Translations under genes and position numbers: made by a program
In this document: positions 39,571 through 50,654 of the stretch, in pieces
How the letters are laid out: each line of letters starts with the position of its first letter
How positions within the stretch are numbered: the first letter of the stretch is position 1
Assembly (NCBI GenBank): GCA_963721805.1
Contig: CAVRJY010000001.1
Location: 896,001-960,000 of the forward strand
DNA length: 64,000 nucleotides
Direction of reading: 5' to 3'
Source of the DNA: Nitrospirota bacterium
GTDB taxonomy: Bacteria; Nitrospirota; Thermodesulfovibrionia; Thermodesulfovibrionales; JdFR-86
Notes under the pieces: generated by a model
Told to the model about the DNA's origin: nothing
The model's database searches: none
The model's input: only the letters and a program-made list of their open reading frames with translations

Positions 39571-40995
39571 TTACCGGTCGAAGTCTTTTCTCATGCTCAG
39601 GTAGGTGGGCAGGTTTCTGAGCAGCCGCCATGCGCTGTCCGGGGATTTCAACAGCAGCGGGATGAACTTCCGTCCCCAGTTGGGGCTCGTGTAGAACTTC
39701 CGCATGAATTCGTTATACAGGGCCTCGATCCGCGGCTTTGAGCCGATCCCCTTTGGGACGAACACGAAGTTCAGGCAGTTCATCTGGTCCCAGTCCTCGT
39801 TGAACTCGCCTTTTTCGGTTATGCCCTGATAAATCGGCGAGCCCGGAAACGGCGTGAATTTCGTCATGTTCATGTCATCGAGCCTGAGGTCCTCGATGAA
39901 GGCCGCGGTCTTGCGGATGCTCTCCTCGGTCTCCTCCGGCAGCCCCATCATGAACAGCCCCTTGGCGCGAAGCCCGTTTCGCTGCACCTGCCGCACGGCA
40001 TCTTTCATCCCATTGAGGTCGACCCTCGCCTTGTGCAGGGCGAGGATGGCCGGGTCCCCCGACTCGATCCCAAGGCTCACCATCCAGCAGCCGGAGGCCT
40101 TGAGCATCCGAAGCAGCGCGTCGTCGATGTGGCCGAGCCGTACGGCGCAGTTGAAGGTCATCCCCAGCGGTTTGCGCCCGAGCAGCTCGCAGAGTTCCTC
40201 GACGCGCTTGCGGTTGAACGTAAACAGGTCGTCATAGAAGAATATGTGCCTTATCCCGAAGTCCCGCTTGAGGTATGCCATGTGCTCGTAGATATACCCG
40301 GCCGAGTTGAAGCGGAAGCTGCGGCCGAAGACCGAGCGGTCGCAGTACGAGCACTGGTACGGGCAGCCCCGGCTCGAGATTATGGTCGCGCTCGGCGGGC
40401 GGGGATAGTTAAACAGCGGGGCCTCGTACTCGGCCGGAAACCCGGCGAGCTTTCGATAGGCCGGAAACGGCAGGCTGTCAAGCTCGCAGATCGTCGTCCT
40501 CGGGGGACCCGCGACCGGCTCGCCCGAGGCGTCGCGGCCTATGACGCCTTCGATGGTCTCGGGGGCCGCGCCGGCTGCCAGCGCCGCCATGGCCTGCTCC
40601 CCTTCGCCAAGCACTATGCAGTCGATTGCGGGGTAGGGCTTGAGGACCGCCGCTCCGAGCGCCGAGACATGCACCCCGCCGAAAACTACCTTTATGGCAG
40701 GGAACTCGGCCTTGATCGCTGTAGCGTGGCGGTATGCGTCGAGGAAACCCGAGGTGGTCGCGCTGAATCCGACGATATCGGGCGCGGCCGAGCGGACGGC
40801 TGCCATGACCTCGGCGCTTCCGCCGAGCTTTGCGGATGCACGGGCGCTGAGCACCGCGACGTCCACCCCGCGGGCCTCCAGGTATGCGGCTATCGAGAGT
40901 ATCCCGATCGGGGCCATACGCACCACTGTGGAGGTATGGTCCTCCTTGCCGGCTATCCAGTTGGACCCGAAGGGGTTTATCAGCAGCACCTTCAT
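39571..40995 (-). CDS. B12-binding radical SAM protein
   Basis: PIGILSIAAYL and GGVH (cobalamin domain); SRGCPYQCSYC, GIESG and PFPGSP motifs. Confidence 0.92.
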   Translation of the reverse strand: MKVLLINPFGSNWIAGKEDHTSTVVRMAPIGILSIAAYLEARGVDVAVLSARASAKLGGSAEVMAAVRSAAPDIVGFSATTSGFLDAYRHATAIKAEFPAIKVVFGGVHVSALGAAVLKPYPAIDCIVLGEGEQAMAALAAGAAPETIEGVIGRDASGEPVAGPPRTTICELDSLPFPAYRKLAGFPAEYEAPLFNYPRPPSATIISSRGCPYQCSYCDRSVFGRSFRFNSAGYIYEHMAYLKRDFGIRHIFFYDDLFTFNRKRVEELCELLGRKPLGMTFNCAVRLGHIDDALLRMLKASGCWMVSLGIESGDPAILALHKARVDLNGMKDAVRQVQRNGLRAKGLFMMGLPEETEESIRKTAAFIEDLRLDDMNMTKFTPFPGSPIYQGITEKGEFNEDWDQMNCLNFVFVPKGIGSKPRIEALYNEFMRKFYTSPNWGRKFIPLLLKSPDSAWRLLRNLPTYLSMRKDFDR

Positions 40996-41943
40996 TTCGC
41001 GCCCCCGCCGTACAGATCGAGCCCCTGACCTATCGTGACGATGCGCATGTCCGGGTATTTCCCCTTTATGTAGTCCAGCAGCGCGCCTATATCCGTGCGG
41101 TCGTCATATGCCACGCGCTCGACCCGGCCCGTTGCCCCGCTTGTGAGCCCGGTAATGGTATCCCCTGTTTTTGGGTCGCCCTCAAGCGGCGCGGAATATA
41201 CCACCAGCCCGTAGAAGGGAAAGATCAGGCGCCTCTCGAACCTGCCCACAGAGCCCGAGGGCTCGAATCTGAGTTCCTCGCCCTCGCGGAAGCTGCCCTT
41301 CATCTCAGCGACGATGAGTTTGGCGTCCAGCTCGTGGTGGTAGGCCACGAGCCAGCCCCGCTCGGCGTATGCCTTATCGACGATGGCCTCCATGCGGGGA
41401 AGGTCGCTCTTGTATGAGTAGGATTTGATCCCGTAGCGCTCGACCGGCGGGAGGTTGAGCCCGCTTCCGCCGCCGCGCCCGTAACTGTAATATTCGCCAG
41501 CGACCTCGCGCACCAGGGCGTTATGCCGGTTATATGGGTATACGAGGCCCCGCACCTTTACGCCGAGCGCCTCGAGAGCGGACTTGGAGCTGGCGAGTTC
41601 GTCCTCGAGAGCGTGGCGGTCCAGGCCGGTGAGGCTTGGGTGCGTGACTGTGTGGCTCATGATCTCCCAGCCCGAGTCCCTGAGCGCGAGGATCTGCGAG
41701 GCATTAAGGTGTCCGGGGGCGTTTATCAGGCCTGTAATAATGGCCGTGCTGGCGGCCGCGCCGTGCTCAGCGAATATCTGCCTGCCGATCAGGTAATCCG
41801 TATCGTTGCCGTCGTCAAAGACAAAGGTGAATAGCGGGGGCCGGGGGAGCCGGGTCAGCCGCGGCGGAGCCGCAGTGGGGCATGCACAGCATCGCCAATA
41901 GCAGGAGGCTGAGGAGCCGCAAGGGGGCAGCAATCAAGTCCAT
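40992..41943 (-). CDS. Exported polysaccharide deacetylase (NodB/CE4); +1 frameshift in the G/C runs near 41836-41847
   Basis: The ATG at 41943 gives signal peptide MDLIAAPLRLLSLLLLAML...AAA; after removing one base it joins FTFVFDDG, EIMSHTVTH, VYPY and AYHH. Confidence 0.82.
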
Positions 41944-42118
41944 CGAACCGCTGACCTTCACCGGGATTTCCTGTTGGATTGCGAATCATGCTGCATGAGA
42001 TATCTTAAGTAGCCCATATCAGCTATGTCAATGTGCGTTGGCGCGCTCCTTAGGCGGGCTCAGGCTTAAAGAGGCGAAATAATATTGCGGGGCGGGAGGT
42101 TAACTATGCGGCGGCCCG

Positions 42119-43195
42119 CTATCGGGAGCGGCTCACCTCGGCATTTACCCTCGAGAGCGCCAGGATGTGCTGCGCGATGTTTTCAAGCGGGAGGACCTTC
42201 TCCGCCGCGCCGAGGTCTATCGCCTTCTTCGGCATCCCGAAGACTATGCTCGTAGACTCGTCCTGTGCGATGGTCGAGGCCCCGGCATCGCGCATCTCCT
42301 TTAGGCCGCGCGCGCCGTCCTCGCCCATCCCGGTGAGGATCACGCCCACGGCATTACGGCCCGCGTGCTCCGCGACCGAACGGAAGAGCAGGTCCACGGC
42401 CGGCTTGACGAAATTCACCGGAGGCCCGTCGCTGACCACCGTGTAGTACATCGCCCCGTCGCGCCTGATCGAGAGATGGCGGCCCCCTGGGGCGAGAAAG
42501 ACAGTGCCTGCTAGTATGCGCTCGCCGCCCTGGGCTTCCCTGACGTCGAGGCGGGAGATCGAATCCAGCCGCTTCGCGAACGAGGTGGTATAGACCGGGG
42601 GCATGTGCTGCACTATCGCGATGCCCGGCATCGCCGCCGGCAGCGAGGTAATCACCTCGGTCACGGCCTGCGTCCCTCCGGTCGAGGCGCCGATGGCTAT
42701 GATCCTGTCCGTGGTCTGCATGACCCTCGTGTCGAGCGCCGAGGCGTTCCTCACCAGCGGAGCAATCGGCAGGGCCCGCGGCCCCTTGACCTTCGCCCTC
42801 GCCGCGACCCTGACCTTGGCCGCGATCTCCGCAGCCTGCAAGATGACGCCGCTTGAGACGTCTATCGAGGGCTTGGTGACATAGTCCACAGCGCCGAGCT
42901 CCAGGGCCTTGAGCGTGGTCTCGCATCCGCGCTGCGTAAGCGCGCTTACCATCACGACCGGCATAGGGTCGTTCTTCATCAGGGTTTCAAGGAACGAGAG
43001 CCCGTCCATCCGGGGCATCTCTATGTCGAGCGTCAGCACGTCCGGCCTGAGGTTCCGGATCTTGCTCATCGCGAATATCGGGTCCAGCGCGGTGTCGACG
43101 ACCTCTATGTCCCCGGCGTCGTTGAGCAGCTCGGTGAGGAGCTTCCTCATCACGGCCGAGTCGTCGATGACGAGCACCTTGATCTTCCTACCCAT
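42119..43195 (-). CDS. cheB: Chemotaxis methylesterase (second system)
   Basis: REC (LDIEMP), GASTGG, QHMP and LTGMGEDG motifs. Confidence 0.96.
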   Translation of the reverse strand: MGRKIKVLVIDDSAVMRKLLTELLNDAGDIEVVDTALDPIFAMSKIRNLRPDVLTLDIEMPRMDGLSFLETLMKNDPMPVVMVSALTQRGCETTLKALELGAVDYVTKPSIDVSSGVILQAAEIAAKVRVAARAKVKGPRALPIAPLVRNASALDTRVMQTTDRIIAIGASTGGTQAVTEVITSLPAAMPGIAIVQHMPPVYTTSFAKRLDSISRLDVREAQGGERILAGTVFLAPGGRHLSIRRDGAMYYTVVSDGPPVNFVKPAVDLLFRSVAEHAGRNAVGVILTGMGEDGARGLKEMRDAGASTIAQDESTSIVFGMPKKAIDLGAAEKVLPLENIAQHILALSRVNAEVSRSR

Positions 43196-43237
43196 TCATC
43201 GCACCCCTTCGCCTATGTTAAGGTCCATGCGTTTCAT
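43196..43237 (-). pseudogene. 13-codon mini-ORF MKRMDLNIGEGVR, probable cheD deletion scar
   Basis: Its ATG overlaps the cheR TGA and its TGA abuts the cheB ATG; it occupies the usual cheD position, and xxIGE resembles a CheD N-terminus. Confidence 0.45.
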
Positions 43238-44076
43238 CGCTTTGTGTACGTGGTGACGAAGACCGGCCTGTATTTGTCCATGTGCTGCATGGATTCCGAG
43301 TGTCCGAGGAAGAGGTATCCGTCGGAGGCGAGGTGCTCGTGGAAGCGCGTCAGGACGTGGTTTTTCATCGGCTCGTCGAAATATATCATGACGTTGCGGC
43401 AGAATATGATGTCAAAGGGCCTTTTAAACGGGTAGCTCGGCTCCTTCAGGTTCAGCCTCTCGAACGTCACGTGGCGCTTGAGCCCCTCTTTGGCCATGAC
43501 CGTCCCGCGCTGTGCGCCTTCGCCCTTGAGGAAGTATTTCTTCACTATCTCCGCGTCGAGATCGGCCGGGAGCTGCTCGCGCTCGTATACGCCCACGCTG
43601 GCCTTCGACAGGACGTTCGTGGATATGTCGGTGGCGAGTATCTTTATGTCCCACTCAGGGCCGAAGGTCTCGAGCATCGCGATAGCGATTGAATAGGGCT
43701 CCTCGCCGCTTGAGCAGCCCGCGCTCCAGATGCGGAGGCACCGCTCCGCCCCCCGCGTGGACCGGAGGGCGTCCGTTGCGGGGCCGGTGAGGAATTTGAA
43801 GTGGTGCGGCTCGCGGAAGAACTCCGTCGTGTTCGTCGAAATGCAGTTGAGCATCTCGATCAGCTCGTCGCTGTCTTCCTTTATGCGCCTGTAATAGGCG
43901 CGGTAGTCCCCGGCGCCCGTGGCACGAAGCCTCTTTAAGAGGCGCGAGGTCAGAAGGCCCCTTTTCTGCTGGCCGAGCCTGATGCCTGACTGCCTATAGA
44001 TAAGGTCCGTATATTTTTGGAACATATCGTCGTCGACCATGCTTTCATCGCGTGCGGCGTTTGCGTAGGTATCCAT
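43234..44076 (-). CDS. cheR: Chemotaxis methyltransferase
   Basis: TNTTEFFREPHHF, WSAGCSSGEEPYS, CRNVMIYF and GHSES motifs. Confidence 0.96.
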   Translation of the reverse strand: MDTYANAARDESMVDDDMFQKYTDLIYRQSGIRLGQQKRGLLTSRLLKRLRATGAGDYRAYYRRIKEDSDELIEMLNCISTNTTEFFREPHHFKFLTGPATDALRSTRGAERCLRIWSAGCSSGEEPYSIAIAMLETFGPEWDIKILATDISTNVLSKASVGVYEREQLPADLDAEIVKKYFLKGEGAQRGTVMAKEGLKRHVTFERLNLKEPSYPFKRPFDIIFCRNVMIYFDEPMKNHVLTRFHEHLASDGYLFLGHSESMQHMDKYRPVFVTTYTKR

Positions 44077-44171
44077 GTCCCTGCCTCCGGGCTCGGGGAT
44101 GGGCGGCAGGAAGGGTTCCCGAAAACCCCGCCTGCCGCCCTTGGGGAGCGTCTTGAGACGAGACGCCGCTC

Positions 44172-47100
44172 TTAGAACTCGCTGAATCCGCTGCCTTTCT
44201 CGAATTCGGAATAATCGTGGTGCTTGCCCCCGTTGCCGCTGCTGCTGTGCGCGCCCGTCAAGGCCGGCTCGGGCTTGTGGCTGATGCGCGCAGCCGGTTT
44301 CGGGGCCGCATGGGGCTTTGAAGCCGAGGGCGCGGGCCTTGAGGCCGCCGTGGCGCCTTCGACCTTGAAGAACTCGACGATGTTCAGAAGGTCGCGGGCC
44401 TGCGCCGAGAGTTCCTCGGCCGCCGCCGAGGTCTCCTCGACCAGCGAGGCGTTCTGCTGCGTGGCCTCGTCGATCTGCGACATCGCGGTGTTGACCTGGC
44501 TCGTGCCGCGCGCCTGCTCTCCGGCGGCCGCGGCGACCTCGTCCATCAGGTCCGAGACCTTCTTTATCGAGGTCCCGATATCGCCGAGCTTGTGGCTGAG
44601 ATCGTTGGCGAGCTGAACGCCCCGGCCGGTCTTCTCGACGCTGTCTTCGATGAGCGTCGTGATCTCCTTGGCCGACTGCGATGCGCGCTGTGCGAGGCTC
44701 CGGATCTCGGAGGCCACGACCGCGAAGCCCTTGCCGTGCTCGCCGGCGCGCGCCGCCTCGACGGCCGCGTTGAGCGCCAGCAGGTTCGTCTGAAACGCGA
44801 TCTCCTCGATCACGTTTGAGATGTTCGCGATCTTGCTGGAGGACTTGTTGATCTCGTCCATCGCCTTGATTGTGTCGTCCATCACGCCCGAGCCGCTCTC
44901 GGCCAGGGACTTCGTGCCCTGCGCGAGCTTGTTGGCCTCAACGGCGCTCTCCGAGGTCTGCTTGATCGAGGCCGACATCTCCTCCATCGTAGAGGAGGTC
45001 TCCTCGATCGAGGCCGCCTGCTCGGTGATCTTCTGCGAGAAGTTCTGGTTGGCCGAGGCTATCTGGTCGGAGGCCTGGGAGACCTGAGCCGCGGCCTCCT
45101 TGGTCTGCGTCACGACGCGTTCGATATTGTCGCGGCATGCGCCGACCGCCCCGCTTATCTCCTCGAACGACTGCTTTGCGTGGGCAGTATCGGCGTCGCC
45201 CTCAGCGACGTTGAGACTGAAGCCGAGGTCCCCGTTCGCCATCTTGCCAAGGGCCGCCTTGAGCTTCTCGGTCTCTTCCGTCTGGTACTCGGCCACCTTA
45301 TTGGCGATCCTTTGGGCACGCATTACGGCCGTCTGGTCTACGACGACCTCGAAGGCGCCGATGATCGCGCCCTGCTGGTTATGCATAGGCTTGCCGGTAT
45401 ATTTGATTTCGAGGTTCAGCCCGGCGGGATGCGCGTCGGTCTCGCTCGTGGCCGCCGCGTTGCGGTTCATGGCCTGTCCGCACGCGCATTTGTCGGTATT
45501 GCAGTCGGAAGTCTTGAACTGGCTGTAGCACTTCTGGCCCACGAGCTGCTTCTGATCGGCCCCGAGCATGCTCGCCCCGGTCTGGTTCATGTATCGTATC
45601 GAGAAGTCCTTGTCGATTATCATCGCAGGGATGGGCAAGGTGTCCATCAGCCCGACAACCGTGTCCAGGGTGTTGTTTACTCCCTTGATGATCTTCTGGT
45701 AGTCGCCTTGGTGCTTGGATGCGTCCGCGCGCGTTGTGAGCCTGCCTTCGATCGCGGCCTCTGAGAGCATGTTGGCGTCCTCAACGAGCTGACTGAGCGC
45801 TCCGACGCACTGCTTCATCGCCCCGTTTATCTCCTCGAAGGACTGCCTCGCGAGGGTAGTGTCGCCGTCGCCCTCGGAGACCTTGATGTCGAATGCGAGG
45901 TCTCCGTGCGCCATCTTGCCAAGGGCGTCCTTGAGCTTCCGGGTCTCTTCCGTCTGGTACTCGGCCACCTTGTTGGTGACACTCATTGCCTGCTTTATGG
46001 CCGTCTGGTCCACCACGACCTCAAACGCCCCGATGATCGCGCCCTGCTGGTTCTTCATCGGCTTTCCGGTGTATTTGATGTCTAGATTCAGCCCGGCGGG
46101 ATGGGCGTCGGTCTCGCTCGTGACCTCGGTGTTGCGGTTCATGGCCTGCGTGCACGCGCACTTGTCGGTTTTGCAGTCCGAGGTCTTAAACTGGCTGTAG
46201 CACTTCTGGCCCACGAGCTGCTTCTGATCGGCCCCGAGTATGGTCGCCCCGGTCTGGTTCATGTACTGCACCGTGAAGTCCTTGTCGATGATCATAGCGG
46301 GCAGGGGCATGGTGTCCAGCAGCCCTACGATCGAGTCGACGATGCAGTTGACGCCCTCGATGATCTTCCTGAAATCGCCCTTGTGCTTCGAGGCGTCGGC
46401 ACGCTCGCTTAGCCTGCCCTCGATCGCAGCCTGCGAGAGTAGCGCGGAGTCGTCGATCAGGGCCCTGATGCTCAGGACCATGTTGTTCATCGCGACCATC
46501 AGCTCTCCGGTCTCGTCCCTGCGGCTGGTGTCGATTTTCATGTCCGTCTCGCCCGCCGCGACCTTGTTGGCCACGTCGATGCACTCAGAGATCGGCTTCG
46601 CTATGCTGCGAACTATCCAGACCGTCATGGCTATCGCCACGAGGAATGCCGCGACGAGGAGCCCTATCAGGGTGTTGCGCATGGTAGTGTATGATTTGCC
46701 AGCGTTGACTCCGTCGCCCATCATCGCGTCGCCCTCGTAATTTATGATCGCCTCGATGTTCTTGACGTAATCCGCCTGGGCCGTCCTGAAGCCGCCGAAG
46801 AGCAGGGCCGTGGCCTCCTGCTTCTTGCCCGCGAGGGCGAGGTCTTTGACCTTGGCCATCGAGTCCCTGTATACAGCCCTCGAACTCTCATAGTCCTTGA
46901 ACAGGTCCTTTTCCTTGTCGGAAGAGTTCGCTGCCGTGGTCATCAGCTTCTTCATCGCATCTATGTCGCCGTTGACCTGGACGGCCGCCTGGTCTATGCG
47001 CGCTGACTCCTGCATGATCGCATCCTTGCTGTCTACGAGCAGGATATTGCGGACGGCCCTCGCGGTGACGTTCAGCTGGTTTAAGATGTCGTTGGGGTAC

Positions 47101-47255
47101 ATGGTCTTCATGTAGGTCTCGTCCACCGTCTCTTTGAACAGGTCATCGAACGACGAGAGGCTCTTTATGGCCAGCCCCCCCACGATCAGGACTAATGCCG
47201 CCATCACTCCGAACCCTATGCCGAGCTTCTTTCCTATCCTCATGTCCGTAAACAT
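44172..47255 (-). CDS. MCP with a 4HB sensor, HAMP, two Cys-rich PAS modules and a C-terminal pentapeptide
   Basis: TM-4HB-TM-HAMP layout; 672-bp internal duplication; [20 protein letters not shown] hairpin; ends in GFSEF. Confidence 0.93.
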   Translation of the reverse strand: MFTDMRIGKKLGIGFGVMAALVLIVGGLAIKSLSSFDDLFKETVDETYMKTMYPNDILNQLNVTARAVRNILLVDSKDAIMQESARIDQAAVQVNGDIDAMKKLMTTAANSSDKEKDLFKDYESSRAVYRDSMAKVKDLALAGKKQEATALLFGGFRTAQADYVKNIEAIINYEGDAMMGDGVNAGKSYTTMRNTLIGLLVAAFLVAIAMTVWIVRSIAKPISECIDVANKVAAGETDMKIDTSRRDETGELMVAMNNMVLSIRALIDDSALLSQAAIEGRLSERADASKHKGDFRKIIEGVNCIVDSIVGLLDTMPLPAMIIDKDFTVQYMNQTGATILGADQKQLVGQKCYSQFKTSDCKTDKCACTQAMNRNTEVTSETDAHPAGLNLDIKYTGKPMKNQQGAIIGAFEVVVDQTAIKQAMSVTNKVAEYQTEETRKLKDALGKMAHGDLAFDIKVSEGDGDTTLARQSFEEINGAMKQCVGALSQLVEDANMLSEAAIEGRLTTRADASKHQGDYQKIIKGVNNTLDTVVGLMDTLPIPAMIIDKDFSIRYMNQTGASMLGADQKQLVGQKCYSQFKTSDCNTDKCACGQAMNRNAAATSETDAHPAGLNLEIKYTGKPMHNQQGAIIGAFEVVVDQTAVMRAQRIANKVAEYQTEETEKLKAALGKMANGDLGFSLNVAEGDADTAHAKQSFEEISGAVGACRDNIERVVTQTKEAAAQVSQASDQIASANQNFSQKITEQAASIEETSSTMEEMSASIKQTSESAVEANKLAQGTKSLAESGSGVMDDTIKAMDEINKSSSKIANISNVIEEIAFQTNLLALNAAVEAARAGEHGKGFAVVASEIRSLAQRASQSAKEITTLIEDSVEKTGRGVQLANDLSHKLGDIGTSIKKVSDLMDEVAAAAGEQARGTSQVNTAMSQIDEATQQNASLVEETSAAAEELSAQARDLLNIVEFFKVEGATAASRPAPSASKPHAAPKPAARISHKPEPALTGAHSSSGNGGKHHDYSEFEKGSGFSEF

Positions 47256-47298
47256 CGGTTTATCCTCCTTGCATGCGAGTGGCGCATGGCATTTATAT

Positions 47299-47820
47299 TC
47301 AGGCTGCCTGGGGCTGATCGGCCGGGCTGCCGGCCATCTCGGCCACCATGGCCGATTCTTCGTCGCTTAGCACCTTGTCTATATAAAGCACGAGCACGAG
47401 CCTGTCGCCCACCTTGCCCATACCCTTGAGGAAGTCCGTCCGCACCCTGGCGCCGAACGAGGGGGCCTGGGTTATCGAGCTTTCGGCCATGTGCAGGACG
47501 TCCGATACAGCATCGACGATGAGCCCCATCACGCCGCCCGGAAACTCGGTCACTATGACGCAGGTGTGCTTGTGCGCGTCGCCCGACTCCATGCCGAACT
47601 TCATCTTCAGGTCCACGACCGGGATGATCGTGCCCCGGAGGTTTATGACCCCCTTTAGGTATTCCGGCAGGTGCGGGACCTTCGTGACGTTCGAGAGCTC
47701 GATGATCTCCTGCACGTTCAGGGCGTCCATGGCGTACAGCTCATCGTTGAGCGTAAAGCTGACGTACTCCTGCCCTGCCTCTGACTGCTCCTCGCACATC
47801 CTCGACGCTAACGCCTCCAT
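47299..47820 (-). CDS. cheW: Chemotaxis coupling protein
   Basis: [15 protein letters not shown] and [10 protein letters not shown] motifs; AGGAGG RBS. Confidence 0.95.
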   Translation of the reverse strand: MEALASRMCEEQSEAGQEYVSFTLNDELYAMDALNVQEIIELSNVTKVPHLPEYLKGVINLRGTIIPVVDLKMKFGMESGDAHKHTCVIVTEFPGGVMGLIVDAVSDVLHMAESSITQAPSFGARVRTDFLKGMGKVGDRLVLVLYIDKVLSDEESAMVAEMAGSPADQPQAA

Positions 47821-47839
47821 GTATCCTCCTTTTCGCAGC

Positions 47840-49965
47840 TCATCGCGCTGTTTCGACCTCTGTCCTCGATGCGACTTCCACAATGCCCGGGATGTCCAGG
47901 ACGAGCGCTACCCGTCCGTCCCCCAGGATCGTTCCCCCGGCTATGTCGCTTACCTGCGGCAGCGCGCTGCCAAGGTGCTTTATCACTATCTGCTGCTGCC
48001 CGATCAGCGAGTCGACGAGCAGGCAGAAGCGCTGGCCGTCGTGGCGGGCCACGACGACTATGGCCTCGGAGGGCTCGGTGCACATCGGGTCGATGCCCAG
48101 GAGTTCGTGCAGCCTTATCAGGCGGAGGTACTCGCCCCTGACGCTAACCAGCTCGCCCTTGCCCTCGACCGTTTTGACTTCCGAGCGCTGCGGCCTGAGG
48201 GATTCGACCACCGAGGTGATCGGTATGATGAAACGCTCGTCCCCTATCGAGACCGCCAGGCCGTCGATGATCGCGAGCGTCAGCGGGAGCTTTATCGTGA
48301 TCTTCGTCCCGCGTCCCGGATCGCTCTGAAGCTGCACCTTGCCCTTCAGCTCGTCGATGTTGCGCCTTACCACGTCCATCCCGACCCCGCGCCCCGAGAC
48401 GTCCGTGACCTTCTCGGCCGTCGAGAAGCCGGGGGCGAATATCAGGGCGTATATCTGCTCGTCCGTGAGGGCCGCGTCCTGCCGCACCAGCCCCTTCTCT
48501 ATCCCCTTGGAGAGGATGCGCTCGCGGTCGAGGCCCCGTCCGTCGTCCTCGACGTCGATGAAAACCGCGTCCCCGTGCTGGTAGGCGCTGAGCCTGAGGA
48601 TGCCCCTTACCGGTTTTCCGGCCGCCGCGCGCTCATCGGGGGTTTCTATGCCGTGGTCTATCGAGTTTCGGATCAGGTGCACCAGCGGGTCGGTGATCTT
48701 CTCGAGCATGCCCTTGTCCATCTCCGTCTCCTCGCCCTCCAGGACGAGGTCGATCTCCTTGCCCTTGGTCGAGGACAGCTCCCTTACGAGGCGGCCGAAC
48801 CGGCCGAAGACTTCCCCTATGGGCAGCATGCGCAGCGACATGGTGCTTTCCTGGATGTCCTTGCCTATGCGCTGCAGCTGCTGGAGTATGGCCTCGAAGC
48901 GCTCGACTCCATACGCTGACTGACCGTTTCCGCCGCCACCGCCGTCGCCGTGGAGCGTCTGGAAGAACATCGAGTGTATGATGACCATCTCGCCGACTAT
49001 GTTGATCAGGTGGTCGAGCTTTCCGAGGTCCACGCGGATGGTGGAGGATATGGAGTTCTTAAACGCGTCGCTCCTGACCGAGCGCTGTTTCTCGACTACG
49101 CGCTCGACGTCGTCGCGCGCCGCCTTGCCCTGTTCGACCAGTATGTCGCCGAGCCTCTTTTGGGACTTCAGCGCGGCCATCGACGTCCTCGGCGGCCACG
49201 ACCCCGTCGGCCACAAGGAGCTTGCCGATCGCATTGGCAGTCTCAGGGCGGGTCTCCTTAATGCGGCTTTCCTGTATGAGCAGCGTGCTTCCCTGCTCGA
49301 CGAAATCGAAGACCCTTCGCATGTCTTCCCTGTCGGCCGTGGTCTCGACGCGGATGACCCACTTGAGGTACAGCTCCTCGGGGTTTATCGCGGACAGCGG
49401 CGGGACCCCGTCCGTGTTGCAGACGACCGTCATGGATTCCGAGATCGCCGCGAGGTCTTCAAACAGTATCAGCGGGTCGATGCACCTGAAGTAGCATGTC
49501 CGCGTTCGGCTCGAACACTATGCGCCAGCCCTTGGAGGCCGCGCATCCGGCGGCCTCGGGCTGCGGGCTGTCGTCACAATCGCCGCCGGCGAGGGCCTTC
49601 ATCCTCGCGCTGAGGCCGGCCGTGCCGCCGTAGTCGAACTCCCCGTCGCCGAATATCGCGCCTACCATCGCCTTTATCGCATCCGTCGCCCCGAGGAGGA
49701 CGTCGGTTACGGCCTTGTCGGCCTTGAGGCTGCCCTGGCGCATCGCGTCGAGGACCTCCTCCACGCCGTGCGTGAATTTCGATATCTCGGGGAAGCCGAG
49801 GCTGGCGCTCGAGCCCTTTATGGTGTGGGCCGCGCGGAAAAGGCTGTTTATGAGCTCGGCGTCCCCGGGGGATTTCTCGAGCGCGAGCAGGCCGCTTTCG
49901 AGGTCAGCGAGTTTCTCGTTGGCCTCCTCTACAAATACGCCCCAGAGCTTCTTTACGTCCAGCAT
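47840..49965 (-). CDS. cheA: Chemotaxis kinase CheA, with two +1 frameshifts (about 49485 and 49178)
   Basis: Hpt AHTIKG (ORF 49459..49965); P2-like region (ORF 49059..49433); IRVD, HLIRNSIDHGIE, SGRGVGMDVV and CheW domain (ORF 47840..49234). Confidence 0.92.
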
Positions 49966-49994
49966 TATTCCCCCGGTATCCCTGTGCCTGCCGT

Positions 49995-50357
49995 CTATTT
50001 CACGAACTTCTTGACGATGCCCACCAGCTGCTCGGGCTTGAAGGGCTTGACTATCCAGCCCGTCGCACCGGCCTGCGAGGCCTCTGACTTTTTGTTGTCC
50101 TTCGATTCGGTCGTGAGCATGAAAGTAGGCACGAACTTGTACCCGGGCAGCGCCCGCAGCGATTTTATGAACGTTATCCCGTCCATCTCGGGCATGTTGA
50201 GGTCCGTGATCACCATCTCGACCTTCGCCGTCTGGAGCTTGGCCAGGGCGTCCTTGCCGTGCACGGCGTCGATGACGCTGTAGCCCGCGTCCTTAAGCGC
50301 AAAGGACACGAGCTGTCTCATGGAGGCGGAATCGTCGACTATCATGATGCATGCCAT
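49995..50357 (-). CDS. cheY: Chemotaxis response regulator
   Basis: VDDSASMR, TDLNMP, LTTES and GATGWIVKPF motifs. Confidence 0.93.
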   Translation of the reverse strand: MACIMIVDDSASMRQLVSFALKDAGYSVIDAVHGKDALAKLQTAKVEMVITDLNMPEMDGITFIKSLRALPGYKFVPTFMLTTESKDNKKSEASQAGATGWIVKPFKPEQLVGIVKKFVK

Positions 50358-50381
50358 GCGAATCTCCTTTCCGGGCGGATC

Positions 50382-50654
50382 TCAGCCTGAAGCGGTATCT
50401 AGCCGGAGCCCAGCCCTGGCGGCCAGCTGCGAGAGCGCGCTGCCGCTGACGAGCGTGAAGGCGGCGTGGCGCGCCGTGCACTCCTTGCGTGCAGAGACGA
50501 TCAGCTGGAGCACGGATATGTCGATGTGCTCCACGCCCGAGGCGTCTACCGTGAGCCCGGCCCCGGCGTCGATGGCCTCGATGAAGGACTCCCTGAGCGG
50601 ACGGATGCCTTCGATAGTGCAGAGCCTGTCAAGCGTTACCTTGCCGGTTGCCAT
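50382..50654 (-). CDS. STAS-domain protein
   Basis: VDASGVEHIDISVLQLI; 90 aa, directly upstream of cheY. Confidence 0.82.
   Translation of the reverse strand: MATGKVTLDRLCTIEGIRPLRESFIEAIDAGAGLTVDASGVEHIDISVLQLIVSARKECTARHAAFTLVSGSALSQLAARAGLRLDTASG

Noticed and set aside
44077..44171. c-di-GMP riboswitch here or in other intergenic regions
   Set aside because: A hairpin is present but I could not find the conserved GEMM elements; an Rfam covariance search would be decisive
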